DNA of 64,000 nucleotides from the NCBI RefSeq assembly GCF_006345805.1, contig NC_043007.1:1364001-1428000 (forward strand). The letters are read 5' to 3'. Positions 63,836 through 64,000 of this stretch are shown piece by piece (positions within the stretch are counted from its first letter, which is position 1; the number at the start of each line of letters is the position of its first letter). This DNA comes from Octopus sinensis. Taxonomy: Eukaryota. A program made the translations under genes and the position numbers. The notes below the pieces were generated by a model, which was not told the origin of the DNA, ran no database searches, and saw nothing but the letters and a program-made list of their open reading frames with translations.

Positions 63836-64000
63836 CATCTGCATTCTCATCATCATCAACATTGTTTTAACATTCCCCTTTCCATATTTGAATGTATTGA
63901 ATTCCTTGTTGAGCAATGCCTTCCTCGTCGGGGCTTGTCTCCTTGGCGTATAGGTTTCCCACCTGGACGGGACGCCGGTCCGTCGCAGGTGAGCTGCAAG

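Noticed and set aside
63096-63953. 285-aa His/Thr/Leu-rich ORF
   Set aside because: Translation of the 26-bp minisatellite; no MON2 similarity and no convincing splice sites.
48354-64000. Next MON2 exon (expected to start S-TDE..TENILK)
   Set aside because: No matching sequence found by eye; it probably lies beyond the window.

Overview
AT-rich, microsatellite-dense animal genomic DNA. The SINE families and repeat landscape suggest a coleoid cephalopod (Octopus-like); this is an inference. Five internal coding exons of MON2 lie on the + strand (3593-3717, 9887-10020, 11093-11246, 39138-39319, 48269-48353). They splice in frame across introns of 1-28 kb, and the gene extends beyond both window ends. 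The introns contain Penelope-like retroelements (PLEs), RTE-type LINE 3' ends, at least three SINE families, Tc1/mariner, piggyBac-like and hAT remnants or MITEs, two Helentron-like copies, and three minisatellites. The most notable signal is a dense set of type I hammerhead ribozyme motifs found by eye: about a dozen intact, partial or decayed copies from roughly six or seven sequence families. They sit in PLE pseudo-LTRs and in short non-coding fold-back elements. Two families have an unusually long (55-60 nt) helix II, and several copies are in the sense of the MON2 pre-mRNA next to an inverted copy that could sequester them. Also notable are a 2.7 kb array of about 43 triple-hairpin 62-bp units grown out of a SINE end, and a 273-bp inverted templated insertion that appears perfect. 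All family assignments come from motif recognition without database searches.
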